Assembly: GCA_045638385.1 (NCBI GenBank)
Contig: JAZUBI010000123.1
Span: forward strand, 1 to 60,880
DNA: 60,880 bases
Source: Eubacteriales bacterium
GTDB lineage: Bacteria; Bacillota; Clostridia; Oscillospirales; CAG-272
Direction of reading: 5' to 3'
Shown: piece by piece, positions 17,330-29,005 of the stretch
Layout: every line of letters begins with the position of its first letter
How positions within the stretch are numbered: the first letter of the stretch is position 1
The notes under the pieces: model-generated
Seen by the model: only the letters and a program-made list of their open reading frames with translations
What the model was told of the DNA's origin: nothing
The model's database searches: none
Made by a program: the position numbers and the translations under genes

Positions 17330-19168
17330 ATGGCTATTAAAGAGTCTGAAAATAAGGTATTGCTTGAAAAAGCCAATAGTCTGCCCTTGCGTCCGGGCGT
17401 TTATATAATGAAAAACGCATCGGGCAGTGTAATTTATGTAGGAAAGTCGCGAAAGCTCAAGAACAGGGTGTCACAGTATTTTCAAAACAGTGAAAAAAAC
17501 ACAAAGACCGCCAACATGGTTCGTCAGGTCAAGGATTTTGATTATTATGTGTGTGACACCGAGATAGAGGCTCTTTCGCTTGAAAATACTCTGATAAAGC
17601 AATATTCTCCGAAATACAATATAAGATTGAAGGATGCAAAATCATATCCTTATATAAAGATCACCGAAGGCGAATATCCAAGACTCGTTATGACGAGGAA
17701 AAGGGAAAAGGACGGCGGAAAATATTTCGGACCTTATTCGGGCACTTCGACGGTATATTCGGTCATAAATGCGCTTTCAGCGGTTTTGGGATTGCCAACG
17801 TGTTCAAGGAAATTCCCAAAGGATATTGGACGTGAACGCCCCTGCCTTTATTATCAGCTCAAAAAGTGCTGCGGAGTCTGTACCGGCTCTGTAAGTGCAG
17901 AGGAATACGCGGAAAAAATAAAATTGGCCGCGGATATTTTGCGTGGAAATACTGTTTTGGTAAAGGGCGAGCTTTCTGAAAAAATGTACGATGCCGCAGA
18001 GAAGGAAAACTTTGAGGCGGCCGCAAGATACCGTGATACGATCGCCGCGCTTGACCGACTCGGACAAAAGCAGAAGGTGGTTGCCGCGCCCGGCACGGAA
18101 TACGATGTGATCGCACTGTATAACGATGACGTCTGCTCGTGTATCTCCGTATTTTATATCCGTGACGGTGCTGTAAGCGATAAATCCGAATACGTTTTCG
18201 GATCTGACAGAATAGTTGACGAGAGTAATATTTCTGCTTTTATATGCGAGCTTTACAGAATACGTGAATATATCCCCAAGAGCATTCTCATGTCGTTTGA
18301 TATGGATAGCGAGGATTCGGATGCGGTAGGCGAGTATCTTTCGGGTCTTGCGGGAAGAAGAATCAGCCTGCGCACACCCGAGCGCGGCGAGATGAAAACA
18401 CTGTGCGATATGGTACGTGACAATGCCGCGGAGAAGGCGAAAAACTATAAAGCCGAGGCTGAAAAGGATGAAAGGATCCTTTTGCGGCTTGCGGAGATTC
18501 TTGGGCTTGAAACCTATCCCGAAAGAATTGAGGCGTATGATATTTCAAACCTCGGCAAAGAGCATATTACTGCGGGAATGATAGTTACGGACGGAACGAA
18601 ATTTAAGCGCTCCGATTACAGAAGCTTTAAAATAAAAACAGTTACCGACGGTACAGACGATTATCAAAGCATGCGTGAGGCGCTGAGCCGCAGATTTGCA
18701 CATCTTGATGACGGTGAGGGCTCGTTTGCCGCCTTGCCCGATCTTATTCTTTTGGACGGCGGTCGCGGACACGTTTCGGTTGCAAGGGAATTGCTGGCGG
18801 AAATGGGTCTTGATCTTCCTGTTTTCGGTATGGTCAAGGATGATTTTCATAAAACGCGCGCACTCTGTACCGACACCGAAGAGATCAGTATAGCAAAGGA
18901 AAATGCTCTGTTTGTGTTTATCTACAAGATTCAGGAAGAGGTGCATAGATTCACCGTTTCCAAGATGAGCCGAGCAAAGAGCAAAACTCTTACAAAATCG
19001 TCGCTGACAAAGATCAAGGGCATAGGTGACGCGAAGGCGAGGACACTACTCAAGGCCTTTGGCGGATTTGCCGGAGTGAAAAAATCAGGATTTGAGGAGC
19101 TTTTGAAGGTCAAGGGAATAAGCCGGGCGGATGCCGAGAATATAACTCAGTATTTTAAGGAAAAATAG
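17330..19168 (+). CDS. uvrC: Excinuclease ABC subunit C
   Basis: GIY-YIG (PGVY..IYVGKS), RIEAYDISN, PDLILLDGGRG, HhH C-terminus. Confidence 0.98.
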   Translation: MAIKESENKVLLEKANSLPLRPGVYIMKNASGSVIYVGKSRKLKNRVSQYFQNSEKNTKTANMVRQVKDFDYYVCDTEIEALSLENTLIKQYSPKYNIRLKDAKSYPYIKITEGEYPRLVMTRKREKDGGKYFGPYSGTSTVYSVINALSAVLGLPTCSRKFPKDIGRERPCLYYQLKKCCGVCTGSVSAEEYAEKIKLAADILRGNTVLVKGELSEKMYDAAEKENFEAAARYRDTIAALDRLGQKQKVVAAPGTEYDVIALYNDDVCSCISVFYIRDGAVSDKSEYVFGSDRIVDESNISAFICELYRIREYIPKSILMSFDMDSEDSDAVGEYLSGLAGRRISLRTPERGEMKTLCDMVRDNAAEKAKNYKAEAEKDERILLRLAEILGLETYPERIEAYDISNLGKEHITAGMIVTDGTKFKRSDYRSFKIKTVTDGTDDYQSMREALSRRFAHLDDGEGSFAALPDLILLDGGRGHVSVARELLAEMGLDLPVFGMVKDDFHKTRALCTDTEEISIAKENALFVFIYKIQEEVHRFTVSKMSRAKSKTLTKSSLTKIKGIGDAKARTLLKAFGGFAGVKKSGFEELLKVKGISRADAENITQYFKEK

Positions 19169-19183
19169 AGGAAAAACGCGAAT

Positions 19184-19753
19184 ATGATGCGAATAATTAC
19201 AGGTAAGGCAAGAGGAATAAAGCTTGAGACTTTGCAGGGGGATGCTACACGCCCGACGAGCGAAAGAGCCAAAGAAGCTGTATTCTCAATGCTGCAATTT
19301 GATATTGAGGGCAGAGAGGTGCTCGACCTTTTTGCGGGATCGGGACAGATGGGTCTTGAGGCTGTTTCAAGAGGAGCTGCAAGCGCGACGTTTGTTGAAA
19401 AATCCAAGCAGGCGGCGGCGGTTATTTCTAAAAATATTGAGAAAACAAGGCTTTCCGAATCATGTCGATTGCTTTCTTCGGACGTTACCGACTTCATCAG
19501 AGCTTTCAAGGGTAAAAAGAAATACGATATAGTTTTTATTGACCCTCCGTATGCTCTCAGAGCGGTGGCACCTACTCTTAAGGCGTTGCTTGACGCTGAT
19601 ATGCTCAAAGCGACCTCAATAGTCGTTTGTGAGAGCGAGGAAGAGGATGTCTTTGAAAAAGGTCTTGATGTTAAAGAAAAATTTGAGATTATTAAGGTTG
19701 CAAAATACGGAGCGGCGCACGTTACCGTGCTTGCTGTCAGAAAGGAAGATTAA
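19184..19753 (+). CDS. rsmD: 16S rRNA (guanine966-N2)-methyltransferase
   Basis: MRIITG, TRPTSE, LDLFAGSG, DPPY. Confidence 0.96.
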   Translation: MMRIITGKARGIKLETLQGDATRPTSERAKEAVFSMLQFDIEGREVLDLFAGSGQMGLEAVSRGAASATFVEKSKQAAAVISKNIEKTRLSESCRLLSSDVTDFIRAFKGKKKYDIVFIDPPYALRAVAPTLKALLDADMLKATSIVVCESEEEDVFEKGLDVKEKFEIIKVAKYGAAHVTVLAVRKED

Positions 19754-19758
19754 GGACG

Positions 19759-20256
19759 ATGGTAGCTTTGATTCCCGGTAGCTTCGATCCGATAACGCTG
19801 GGTCACGTTGACATTATTGAGAGAGCCGCAGGCAAGTTTGAAAAGGTTGTGGTTGCCGTTATGAATAACGATTCCGCAAAGCACGACAAAACCTTATCAT
19901 CAAAGACTTATTTGTTTGATATGGCAATGCGAATGGAGTTTGTGAAGCTTTCGACGGAGCATATAGAAAACGTTGAGGTCATTTCTTCATCGGGGATGCT
20001 GATCGATCTTTTTGATGAGGTCGGCGCGGACGTGATAGTCAAGGGAGTAAGAAATGGGGAGGACCTTGAATATGAGATGAAGCACGCCAAGTGGAATAAG
20101 GAGCACAACGGTAGAGTTGAGACCTTGTATTTGCCTGCGAATGAGAGATTGGTTAGTGTGAGCTCAACGGCGGTAAGAAAAATGCTGTGCGAAAAGGATT
20201 TTGAAGGGCTCGAATCTGTACTCTCGCAAAATGTAATTGAATATTTGAAAAAATAA
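19759..20256 (+). CDS. coaD: Phosphopantetheine adenylyltransferase
   Basis: PGSFDPITLGH, KGVR, VSST; rsmD-coaD synteny. Confidence 0.95.
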   Translation: MVALIPGSFDPITLGHVDIIERAAGKFEKVVVAVMNNDSAKHDKTLSSKTYLFDMAMRMEFVKLSTEHIENVEVISSSGMLIDLFDEVGADVIVKGVRNGEDLEYEMKHAKWNKEHNGRVETLYLPANERLVSVSSTAVRKMLCEKDFEGLESVLSQNVIEYLKK

Positions 20257-20261
20257 GTCTG

Positions 20262-20290
20262 AAAGCCTCGTTTGCACGGGGCTTTTATTT
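20262..20290 (+). terminator. Terminator after coaD
   Basis: aaagcctcgt-ttgc-acggggcttttattt. Confidence 0.7.
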
Positions 20291-20353
20291 TACATCGCGG
20301 GGAAAATAATCCTGCGGAGCCGTATTTTTTAACAAAAAACTTGTGAAAATATC

Positions 20354-20409
20354 TTTACACTTATCTGTATATATGGTATAATATAATGATGAATTGTGAA
20401 CAGAAGTTT
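20354..20409 (+). promoter_or_regulatory. sigmaA promoter plus putative LexA (SOS) box for uvrB
   Basis: TTTACA-17bp-TATAAT (20354-20382). GAAC-AGAA-GTTT (20398-20409) is one mismatch from the Firmicute GAAC-N4-GTTC box. Confidence 0.65.
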
Positions 20410-20432
20410 TGTTTTGAAAGGGGGAGACGAGA

Positions 20433-22415
20433 GTGTCGGGATTCAAGCTGAAAAGTGAATACAAGCCGACGGGAGATCAGCCCGAGGCTATTGCCAACAT
20501 TGTTCGCGGAATCCGCGAGGGGCAGAGAATGCAGACTCTGCTCGGTGTTACGGGTTCGGGTAAGACCTTTACCATGGCAAATGTTATTGCCGAGATAAAC
20601 CGTCCTACTCTTGTGCTTGCGCACAACAAGACGCTTGCGGCTCAGCTTTGCTCCGAGTTTCGTGAGTTTTTCCCCGAAAACGCTGTTGAATATTTCGTGT
20701 CCTATTACGATTACTATCAGCCTGAGGCATATATTCCCGGAAAGGACATGTACATCGAAAAGGATGCGCTTGTAAACGAGGAGATAGACCGTCTCCGCCA
20801 TTCTGCGACAAGCTCGCTTTTTGAGCGCAGAGACGTTATTATTGTGGCGTCGGTCTCCTGTATCTACTCTCTCGGCGAGCCCGATGAATATAAGGATCTT
20901 GTTATTTCGCTTCGCCCCGGCATGCTGATGTCGCGCGAGGAGTTGATCAAGAGACTTATCTCGATAAGCTACACGCGAAACGATCTCAATTTGGTGCGTG
21001 ACACATTCCGTGTGCGCGGTGACGTTGTTGAGATAATCCCCGCGAGCATGGATTCAAAGGCTATACGCGTTGAGTTCTTTGATGATGAGATAGACAGAGT
21101 GTCCGAGATAAATATTGTGACGGGTGAGCTTATCCGTCAGCTTTCCTATGCTCCGATATACCCCGCAACTCACTACGCTGTGTCCGATGAAAAGCGCGAG
21201 GCGGCTATCGCGGAGATACTTCAGGAGATGCACGAGAGAGCGGCTTATTTTGAGTCCGAGGGCAAGCTTATTGAGGCGCAGAGGATAGTTGAGCGCGTTA
21301 AATACGATATGGAGATGCTTTCCGAGATCGGATTTTGCTCGGGCGTTGAGAACTATTCAAGAATACTCTCCCGCCGCCCCGCAGGCTCGACTCCTTATAC
21401 CTTGCTCGACTATTTTCCGAAGGATTTTCTGCTCTTTGTGGATGAGTCGCACGTTACGCTTCCGCAGGTGCGCGGTATGAGCGGCGGTGACACCGCAAGA
21501 AAGAAAAACCTTATAGATTACGGCTTCCGTTTGCCGTCTGCATACGATAACAGACCTCTGTTCTTCGATGAATTTGAGAATAGGATAAATCAGGCGGTAT
21601 TTGTAAGCGCAACGCCCGGAGATTTCGAGGGCGAGCACTCCGAGCAGGTGGTTGAGCAGATCATAAGACCTACCGGATTGCTTGATCCCGAGGTCGAGAT
21701 AAGACCTATTGAGGGACAGGTTGATGATCTTATGGGCGAGATACGCATCAGAGCCGAAAAGGGCGAAAGAGTGCTTGTTACAACCTTGACTAAGAAGATG
21801 GCGGAGGATCTTACCGACTACCTTGAAAATAACGGCATCAAGGTGCGTTATATACACTTTAACATCGACACGATCGAAAGAATGGAGATAATTCGAGATC
21901 TGAGGCTTGGAGTTTTTGACGTCCTTGTGGGTATAAATTTGCTTCGTGAGGGACTTGATATTCCCGAGGTCTCGCTTGTGGCTATTCTCGATGCGGACAA
22001 GGAGGGATTTCTGCGCGCGGAGAGGTCGCTGATACAGACCATCGGACGTGCGGCGAGAAATGCCGATGGTAAGGTCATCATGTATGCAGACACCATTACC
22101 GGATCTATGGAGCGCGCGATAGGCGAGACTAACCGCCGCCGCAAGATACAGGATGATTACAATAAGGCGCACGGTATAGTTCCCAAGACCATTATAAAGG
22201 GTGTGCGAGATATTATAGATATGGGCGCTTCGAGCGAGGATCGCGGAAAGAGCAGACTTGATAAGAAGAAGTCGCAAAAGAAGCTTACGGCGTCCGAGCG
22301 CGAAAAGCTTATTGAGCAGTACACGCGCGAGATGAAGGAGGCGGCAAGGTCGCTTGAATTTGAAAAGGCGGCTTATTTGCGCGATGAGATAAAGAAGCTG
22401 AGGGAAGGCAACTGA
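20433..22415 (+). CDS. uvrB: Excinuclease ABC subunit B
   Basis: [18 protein letters not shown] beta-hairpin, DESH, C-terminal UVR domain. Confidence 0.99.
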   Translation: MSGFKLKSEYKPTGDQPEAIANIVRGIREGQRMQTLLGVTGSGKTFTMANVIAEINRPTLVLAHNKTLAAQLCSEFREFFPENAVEYFVSYYDYYQPEAYIPGKDMYIEKDALVNEEIDRLRHSATSSLFERRDVIIVASVSCIYSLGEPDEYKDLVISLRPGMLMSREELIKRLISISYTRNDLNLVRDTFRVRGDVVEIIPASMDSKAIRVEFFDDEIDRVSEINIVTGELIRQLSYAPIYPATHYAVSDEKREAAIAEILQEMHERAAYFESEGKLIEAQRIVERVKYDMEMLSEIGFCSGVENYSRILSRRPAGSTPYTLLDYFPKDFLLFVDESHVTLPQVRGMSGGDTARKKNLIDYGFRLPSAYDNRPLFFDEFENRINQAVFVSATPGDFEGEHSEQVVEQIIRPTGLLDPEVEIRPIEGQVDDLMGEIRIRAEKGERVLVTTLTKKMAEDLTDYLENNGIKVRYIHFNIDTIERMEIIRDLRLGVFDVLVGINLLREGLDIPEVSLVAILDADKEGFLRAERSLIQTIGRAARNADGKVIMYADTITGSMERAIGETNRRRKIQDDYNKAHGIVPKTIIKGVRDIIDMGASSEDRGKSRLDKKKSQKKLTASEREKLIEQYTREMKEAARSLEFEKAAYLRDEIKKLREGN

Positions 22416-22421
22416 TCATTT

Positions 22422-25259
22422 ATGGAAAAAAACGTAGTTATAAAGGGCGCGCGCGTCCACAATCTGAAAAATATTGACGTTGCGATACCGAGAGACAAGC
22501 TCGTAGTTTTGTCGGGACTTTCGGGATCGGGAAAGTCGTCTCTTGCTTTTGATACCGTGTATGCCGAGGGGCACAGACGGTTTGTCGAGTCGCTTTCAAG
22601 CTACGCAAGAATGTTTCTCGGTCAGCTGGACAAGCCTGACGTTGATTCAATAGACGGGCTTTCGCCTGCGATCTCGATAGACCAGAAAACAACATCGAAG
22701 AACCCGCGCTCAACGGTTGGAACTGTTACGGAAATATACGATTATCTCCGCTTGCTTTACGCGAGAATAGGTATTCCTCACTGTCCGATCTGCGGCAAGG
22801 AGATCGTAAGACAGAGCGTTGACACGATAATAGAGAGAATTTTAAAGCTTCCCGAAGGCGAAAGATTCCTTGTTCTGGCTCCTGTTGTAAGGGCACAAAA
22901 GGGAATGCACGAAAAGGTATTTGAGAGCGCGAAAAAGGGCGGCTTTGTCCGTGTGCGCGTTGACGGAAGTCTTTATGAGCTTTCCGAAGAGATAAAGCTT
23001 GACAAAAACAAAAAGCATTCGATAGAGATAGCTGTCGACCGTCTTGGAATGCGAGAGGGCATACGTGCCCGTCTTGCCGATTCGGTTGAGACTGCGCTGA
23101 ATCTTGCAGACGGTCATCTCGTTATTTTGCCCGTTACCCGTGACGGCGAGGAAAAGGAGAGCGAGATGCTTTCATTCTCGCAGTCATACGCGTGTGAGGA
23201 GCACGGAATTTCTGTGGGCGAATTTGAGCCGAGAATGTTTTCGTTCAACAATCCGCAGGGCGCGTGTCCGCATTGCTCGGGTCTCGGTCAGACGAGAAAA
23301 ATTGCGATAAATCGCGTGATCCCCGACGAAAAGCTTTCTCTTTCCGAGGGCGCTATAAACGTAAACGGATTTAAGTCGCTTGAGGAAGAGAGCTGGAACG
23401 GACCTCTTTTCCGAGCTGTCGGTGAGAGATTCGGCTTCACTCTGGAAATGCCTATAAAGGATTACTCCAAGGAGGCGTATGACGTGCTCCTCAACGGATC
23501 CGGAGCTGAAAGCTATGACGTTGTGAGATATTTCGGCGGAGAGGCTCACAAAAAGAAGACTGTTTTCGAGGGCGTTATCAAAATGATGGAGCAGAGGCTT
23601 CAGTTTGGAATGAGCCCCGATTATTACGAGCAATTTATTGAAGAGACCGATTGTGAATTTTGCCACGGGCAGAGACTTAACCCTATGTCTTTGGCGGTCA
23701 CTGTCGGCGGTAAAAATATACACGAATTTTGCGCTATGTCAGTTAAGGGCGCGCTCGATCACGTCAATTCGCTTGAATTGACAGATACCGAGCAGGCTAT
23801 CGCACGCGAGATACTCAAGGAGGTGCGCGCAAGGCTTGGATTCCTTGTGAGCGTTGGACTTGATTACCTCACTCTTTCAAGAAGAGCGGGTACGCTTTCG
23901 GGCGGTGAGGCGCAGAGAATAAGACTTGCGACACAGATAGGCTCGTCGCTCGTTGGAGTGCTTTACATTCTTGACGAGCCGAGCATAGGACTTCACCAAA
24001 GAGATAATTCAAAGCTTATCGCAACGCTTAAAAAGCTACGCGATCTCGGAAATACGGTAATCGTTGTTGAGCACGACGAGGAGACGATGGAGGAGTCGGA
24101 CTATATCATAGATATAGGACCCGGCGCGGGAATACACGGCGGACAGGTGGTTGCGGCCGGAACTCCCGACGAGATCAAGCAAAATGCCGATTCGGTCACC
24201 GGTGCATATCTTTCGGGCAGAAAGAGAATAGCCGTGCCGAGCAATAGGCGCGAGGGCAACGGAAGCTTTATTACCGTAAAGGGCGCGGCAGAGCATAATC
24301 TTAAAGGAATAGACGTTAAGATACCTTTAGGCAAATTCGTTTGCGTTACAGGTGTTTCGGGAAGCGGAAAGTCCTCTTTGGTAAACGGAATACTCTATCC
24401 GAAGCTTGCTCACGACCTCAACAGAGCAATAGCATACCCCGGAAAGTGCGAGTCTGTTGAGGGACTTGAGGCGCTTGACAAGGTGATTTGCATAGATCAG
24501 AGCCCTATCGGACGCACTCCGAGATCCAACCCCGCGACATACACGGGACTTTTCACCGATATCCGTGAGCTTTTCGCATCAACGAAGGATTCGAAGGCGA
24601 GAGGCTACAAGGCGGGCAGATTTTCGTTTAACACAAAGGGCGGTCGTTGCGAGGCTTGCGAGGGTGACGGAGTTAAGTGCATAGAGATGCACTTTTTGCC
24701 CGACGTTTACGTGACGTGTGACGTCTGTAAGGGAAAAAGATACAATGCTGATACGCTTGAGGTGAGATATAAGGGAAAGAACATTTTTGACGTTCTTGAC
24801 ATGACTGTTGAGGAGGGATTAAATTTCTTTGACGGTCTGCCGAGGATCACGAAAAAGCTCAAGACACTTTACGATGTCGGTCTTGGATATATCAAGATAG
24901 GACAGTCGTCAACCACGCTGTCGGGCGGCGAGGCTCAGAGAGTAAAGCTTGCAACAGAGCTTGCAAAGCGCAGTACGGGAAAGACCATATACATTCTCGA
25001 TGAGCCGACGACGGGACTTCACACCGCAGACGTATCAAAGCTGCTTGAGGTGTTGCAGATGATCTGTGATGCCGGAAACACGGTTCTTGTAATAGAGCAC
25101 AATCTTGACGTTATCAAGTGCGCAGATCACATCATAGACCTCGGTCCAGAGGGAGGAGATGGCGGCGGCTTGATAATTGCCGAGGGTACTCCCGAGGAGG
25201 TTGCGCTCGTTGAGGGATCTTATACCGGACAGTATTTGAAAAAGTGGCTCAAAAAATGA
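22422..25259 (+). CDS. uvrA: Excinuclease ABC subunit A
   Basis: Two ABC ATPase cassettes ([24 protein letters not shown]) and zinc fingers. Confidence 0.99.
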   Translation: MEKNVVIKGARVHNLKNIDVAIPRDKLVVLSGLSGSGKSSLAFDTVYAEGHRRFVESLSSYARMFLGQLDKPDVDSIDGLSPAISIDQKTTSKNPRSTVGTVTEIYDYLRLLYARIGIPHCPICGKEIVRQSVDTIIERILKLPEGERFLVLAPVVRAQKGMHEKVFESAKKGGFVRVRVDGSLYELSEEIKLDKNKKHSIEIAVDRLGMREGIRARLADSVETALNLADGHLVILPVTRDGEEKESEMLSFSQSYACEEHGISVGEFEPRMFSFNNPQGACPHCSGLGQTRKIAINRVIPDEKLSLSEGAINVNGFKSLEEESWNGPLFRAVGERFGFTLEMPIKDYSKEAYDVLLNGSGAESYDVVRYFGGEAHKKKTVFEGVIKMMEQRLQFGMSPDYYEQFIEETDCEFCHGQRLNPMSLAVTVGGKNIHEFCAMSVKGALDHVNSLELTDTEQAIAREILKEVRARLGFLVSVGLDYLTLSRRAGTLSGGEAQRIRLATQIGSSLVGVLYILDEPSIGLHQRDNSKLIATLKKLRDLGNTVIVVEHDEETMEESDYIIDIGPGAGIHGGQVVAAGTPDEIKQNADSVTGAYLSGRKRIAVPSNRREGNGSFITVKGAAEHNLKGIDVKIPLGKFVCVTGVSGSGKSSLVNGILYPKLAHDLNRAIAYPGKCESVEGLEALDKVICIDQSPIGRTPRSNPATYTGLFTDIRELFASTKDSKARGYKAGRFSFNTKGGRCEACEGDGVKCIEMHFLPDVYVTCDVCKGKRYNADTLEVRYKGKNIFDVLDMTVEEGLNFFDGLPRITKKLKTLYDVGLGYIKIGQSSTTLSGGEAQRVKLATELAKRSTGKTIYILDEPTTGLHTADVSKLLEVLQMICDAGNTVLVIEHNLDVIKCADHIIDLGPEGGDGGGLIIAEGTPEEVALVEGSYTGQYLKKWLKK

Positions 25260-25275
25260 GCACTTGCGAGGATAT

Positions 25276-26196
25276 ATGAAGATATACACAATAACACTCA
25301 ATCCCGCGTTTGACCTTCATGCAAGTGCCAAAAAGCTTGAAATAGGTCATGAAAATCTTGCCGAAATGACAAGCCGCGATGCGGGCGGAAAGGGAATCAA
25401 TATTTCCCGTGCACTTTGCGCAAACGGCGTTGAAAATACTGCGATCGTTGTTCTCGGTCAGGAGAACGGAGCAGATTTCAGAGCTCTGCTCGATGAGTAC
25501 GGAGTTAATTATATCGCAGTCGAAAAGCAAGGCAGAATAAGGGAAAATCTGACTATGCACACCGATGGCGGTGAGACGAGAATAAGCTTTTCGGGCTTTT
25601 CTCTCGATAGCTCAGTGCTTCGCGAGATCAAGTCGCTTATCGATTGCGACAAGTATACCGTGGTGACATTCACGGGTAGCGTTCCTTGTGGCATCAGTAT
25701 TTCGGACTGCAAAAAATTCCTGATAGAGCTCAGAGCTTGCGGAGCGAAGGTCGTTGTCGATTCAAAATCATTTTCGCCCGACGACCTTATAGAGGTAAAG
25801 CCGTGGCTGATAAAGCCTAACGGCGAGGAGATCTCTGCGTATCTTAAGAGAGATATAGCTGATTTTTCAGACTGTGCGGATGCCGCTTGCGCGCTTTGCG
25901 ATAAGGGAATCGAAAATGTGATGGTGTCGCTCGGAGAGCGCGGCGCAATGCTGATAAACAGCAATTTTTCCGCCGTTGCCGAGCCTCCGACGATCTCTGC
26001 GATCTCAACCGTAGGAGCAGGGGACAGCACGCTTGCAGGCTTTATTTCGGCGTATATCGAAGGTGCCGATGACGGTGAGATGCTTAGCAGAGCCGTGGCT
26101 TTTGGGTCTGCCGCGTGTCTTTTGGATGGCACGGCGCCACCGCATTCTTCGAGTGTGGCAGAGCTGAGCGAAAAAATTAAAATTACGTCACTTTGA
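25276..26196 (+). CDS. 1-phosphofructokinase family hexose kinase (PfkB)
   Basis: TLNPAFD, GGKGINIS, IKPNGEE, STVGAGDS. Confidence 0.9.
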   Translation: MKIYTITLNPAFDLHASAKKLEIGHENLAEMTSRDAGGKGINISRALCANGVENTAIVVLGQENGADFRALLDEYGVNYIAVEKQGRIRENLTMHTDGGETRISFSGFSLDSSVLREIKSLIDCDKYTVVTFTGSVPCGISISDCKKFLIELRACGAKVVVDSKSFSPDDLIEVKPWLIKPNGEEISAYLKRDIADFSDCADAACALCDKGIENVMVSLGERGAMLINSNFSAVAEPPTISAISTVGAGDSTLAGFISAYIEGADDGEMLSRAVAFGSAACLLDGTAPPHSSSVAELSEKIKITSL

Positions 26197-26247
26197 CAGG
26201 TGAATCAAAGCTAAAAGATATAGCTTCCGAAAGGACTTTACGAAAAA

Positions 26248-27048
26248 ATGATAGCAAATTACCATACCCACACATTCAGATGCGGTCACGCATCAATGGA
26301 GAGTGAAAAAGAATATGTGGAGGCGGCGATCAAGGCGGGATACAAGGAGCTCGGATTTGCCGACCACACGCCTATGCCGTTGCCCATAGATGCCGATCCT
26401 GCCGATTGCGCGAGATTTATGGGTATAAGAATGGCGATGGACGAGACAGAGGATTATGTCCATAAGCTTCTTGCCTTGCGCGAGGAATACAAGAACGATA
26501 TTAAGATACACATAGGCTTTGAGGTTGAATATATCCCCGAGGTCTTTGATACGCTTATAAGCTTTCTTGCGCAGTTTCCTACGGATTACATTATACAAGG
26601 ACAGCATTTCAACTCGATTACCGTTGACAAATTAGTGTATTTTGGCGCGGAGACACGCTCAAAAACCGTCCTTGCAACATATGCGGAGATGGTTTGCAGA
26701 GGAATTGAAACGGGAAAGTTCAGCTACGTAGCTCATCCTGATCTCTGTAATTTTCATGGACCTATCGAGGTTTACGAAAGAGAAATGTCCAAAATAATCG
26801 AGTGCGCAAAGCAGCACGACGTGCCGCTTGAAATGAATCTTCTCGGTCTTGATAGCATGCGCCATTATCCCAATACGGTGTTCTGGTCGCTTGCTAACGA
26901 CATAGGCTGTGACGTGATAATTGGAAGCGATGCGCACGAATCGAGCGGTATGAAGCCCGAAAGAGCTTTGTACTATGCCGAGAAAATACTTGAGAATAAA
27001 AAGGGTCTCAGACTTCTTGATACTCTTACGCTAAGATCGATCAAATAA
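26248..27048 (+). CDS. PHP-domain phosphatase (histidinol-phosphatase family)
   Basis: NYHTHT..CGHA, ADH, AHPD, GSDAH. Confidence 0.88.
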   Translation: MIANYHTHTFRCGHASMESEKEYVEAAIKAGYKELGFADHTPMPLPIDADPADCARFMGIRMAMDETEDYVHKLLALREEYKNDIKIHIGFEVEYIPEVFDTLISFLAQFPTDYIIQGQHFNSITVDKLVYFGAETRSKTVLATYAEMVCRGIETGKFSYVAHPDLCNFHGPIEVYEREMSKIIECAKQHDVPLEMNLLGLDSMRHYPNTVFWSLANDIGCDVIIGSDAHESSGMKPERALYYAEKILENKKGLRLLDTLTLRSIK

Positions 27049-27076
27049 GAAAAAAGCATTGAAAGGAAGCTTCACT

Positions 27077-27634
27077 ATGGCTCACCCCATAAAGCATTTC
27101 AGAACTATTACAAAGCATCGACACAAGGTCATTTCTCACTGCTTTAAGGCCGGAATAGGCTGGCAGGGGCTTGGACATGATCTTTCGAAATACAGTCTGA
27201 CCGAATTCATCCCCGGAGCTAAATATTATCAGGGCACGAGAAGTCCAAATGAGCAGGAGAGAGATCTTTTCGGTTACTCGATTGCGTGGATGCATCATAA
27301 GGGAAGAAACAGACATCATTTTGAATATTGGAACGATCTTAATATGCAGACTCGCAGATATGAGCCTGTACCTATGCCGCTCCGTTTTATTACCGAAATG
27401 TTTTGCGACAGAGTTGCCGCAAGCAAGATATATAAGGGCAAGGATTACACCGATTCCTCGGCTCTTGAATATTACCTGCGCGGTAACGCGAGAGCGAAAA
27501 TGCACGAAAGCACTGCCGACATTCTTGAGGAATGGCTCAATATGTTAGCCGAAAAGGGAGAAAAGGAGACCTTTGCTCACATCAAGGCCTTTAACAGAGA
27601 AGCGAGAAAAAAGAAAAATAGGACAAACTGTTGA
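27077..27634 (+). CDS. DUF5662-like HD-related protein
   Basis: HDLSKYS, AWMHHKGRNRHHFEYW, EMFCDRVAA. Confidence 0.75.
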   Translation: MAHPIKHFRTITKHRHKVISHCFKAGIGWQGLGHDLSKYSLTEFIPGAKYYQGTRSPNEQERDLFGYSIAWMHHKGRNRHHFEYWNDLNMQTRRYEPVPMPLRFITEMFCDRVAASKIYKGKDYTDSSALEYYLRGNARAKMHESTADILEEWLNMLAEKGEKETFAHIKAFNREARKKKNRTNC

Positions 27635-27639
27635 TACAT

Positions 27640-27685
27640 AACATCACCTCTTACCGAAGTATAATTGGGTAAGAGGTGATGTTTT
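27640..27685 (+). terminator. 16-bp hairpin (terminator / RBS sequesterer) before dacF
   Basis: aacatcacctcttacc (27640-27655) pairs with ggtaagaggtgatgtt (27668-27683). The 3' arm contains the dacF SD. Confidence 0.7.
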
Positions 27686-28888
27686 ATGTTTTTAAAAAGG
27701 AAAAATCAAAGACTTGCGGTGATTATTCTGTTTCCGCTTTTAGTTGTCCCGCTGCTTGGCTTATCCTCGTTTGCGGTCTTCTCTCAGCCTATATCCGCAG
27801 AGAGTGTCGCAACGGTTGAGGAAAAGGTGGATCTTGGTCTTGAATGCAAAAGCGCGATACTCATGGAGGGTACGACCGGTGAGGTGCTTTACGAGCAGAA
27901 TGCGGACGAGGCGCTCCCGCCTGCATCTGTAACAAAGATAATGACGCTTTTGCTGGTTATGGAGGCTTTGGAGGATGGCAGGATCGCTCTTGAAGACACA
28001 GTAAGGACCAGCGCGCACGCAGCGAGCATGGGAGGCTCACAGATATTCCTTGAGGAAGGCGAGGAGATGAGCGTTGAGGACATGATCAAGAGCGTTGTTA
28101 TCGCATCGGCAAACGATGCGGCGTGCGCCCTTGCCGAGCACGTATACGGCAGTGAGGACGCCTTTGTTGCAAGGATGAACGAGAGAGCCGCAGAGCTTGG
28201 GATGACGAACACAAGCTTTGAAAACACTAACGGTCTTGACGATACCGCCACAAATCATCTGACAAGCGCTCGCGATATTGCGATAATGTCACGGGAGCTT
28301 ATAAAGCACAAGAAGATCCTTGAATACAGCTCGGTGTGGATGGATACGGTAAGAAACGGGCTTTTCGGACTGACAAATACAAACAGATTGGTTCGTTTTT
28401 ACAAGGGCTGTACGGGTCTTAAAACCGGCTCAACGAGCAAGGCGGGATTTTGTGTCAGCGCAACAGCTGAGCGTGACGGCGTTTCTCTGATATGCGTCAT
28501 CATGGGAGCGGAGAGCGGTGACAAGCGCAACGCGGTTGCGGCAAGTCTTCTTGATTGGGGATTTGCGAACTACGGTGTTTATTCGTATGCTCCGACTACG
28601 CTCGATTCCGTTAAAGTAAACGGAGGAGTGACGGATAAGGTAAGAGTGTCTGCACAGGGCTTTTCTTGTGTTGTTAAAAAGGGCGAGGTCGGTAAGGTGA
28701 CGGTTACCTTCAACATCCCCGACACTCTAAAAGCACCTATAGTGAAGGGCGGACGTATTGGAGAGGTGATTTTTTCATGCCAGGGACGAGAGATAGGCAG
28801 AGCCGACGTTGTAGCGCTTGATGGCGTTGAAAAAATCAGCTATTTCGGTCTTTTTGGAAGACTGCTTGCGGGATTCCTTCTGAAATGA
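27686..28888 (+). CDS. dacF: D-alanyl-D-alanine carboxypeptidase (DacF-like, peptidase S11)
   Basis: PASVTK (SxxK), SAN, KTG, MGGSQIFL, NTNRLVRFY. Confidence 0.85.
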   Translation: MFLKRKNQRLAVIILFPLLVVPLLGLSSFAVFSQPISAESVATVEEKVDLGLECKSAILMEGTTGEVLYEQNADEALPPASVTKIMTLLLVMEALEDGRIALEDTVRTSAHAASMGGSQIFLEEGEEMSVEDMIKSVVIASANDAACALAEHVYGSEDAFVARMNERAAELGMTNTSFENTNGLDDTATNHLTSARDIAIMSRELIKHKKILEYSSVWMDTVRNGLFGLTNTNRLVRFYKGCTGLKTGSTSKAGFCVSATAERDGVSLICVIMGAESGDKRNAVAASLLDWGFANYGVYSYAPTTLDSVKVNGGVTDKVRVSAQGFSCVVKKGEVGKVTVTFNIPDTLKAPIVKGGRIGEVIFSCQGREIGRADVVALDGVEKISYFGLFGRLLAGFLLK

Positions 28889-28930
28889 TGCAAAAAGGGC
28901 AAAAAGTTTGATTTATTGATAAAAAAACAC

Positions 28931-28959
28931 TTGAAAAATAAGGGAAGCTGTGCTATAAT
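28931..28959 (+). promoter_or_regulatory. sigmaA promoter for pgi
   Basis: TTGAAA-17bp-TATAAT with TG. Confidence 0.8.
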
Positions 28960-29005
28960 AAGTTCAATAACAATTTAGCGCATACAATGCTAGGAGGATT
29001 TTAAA

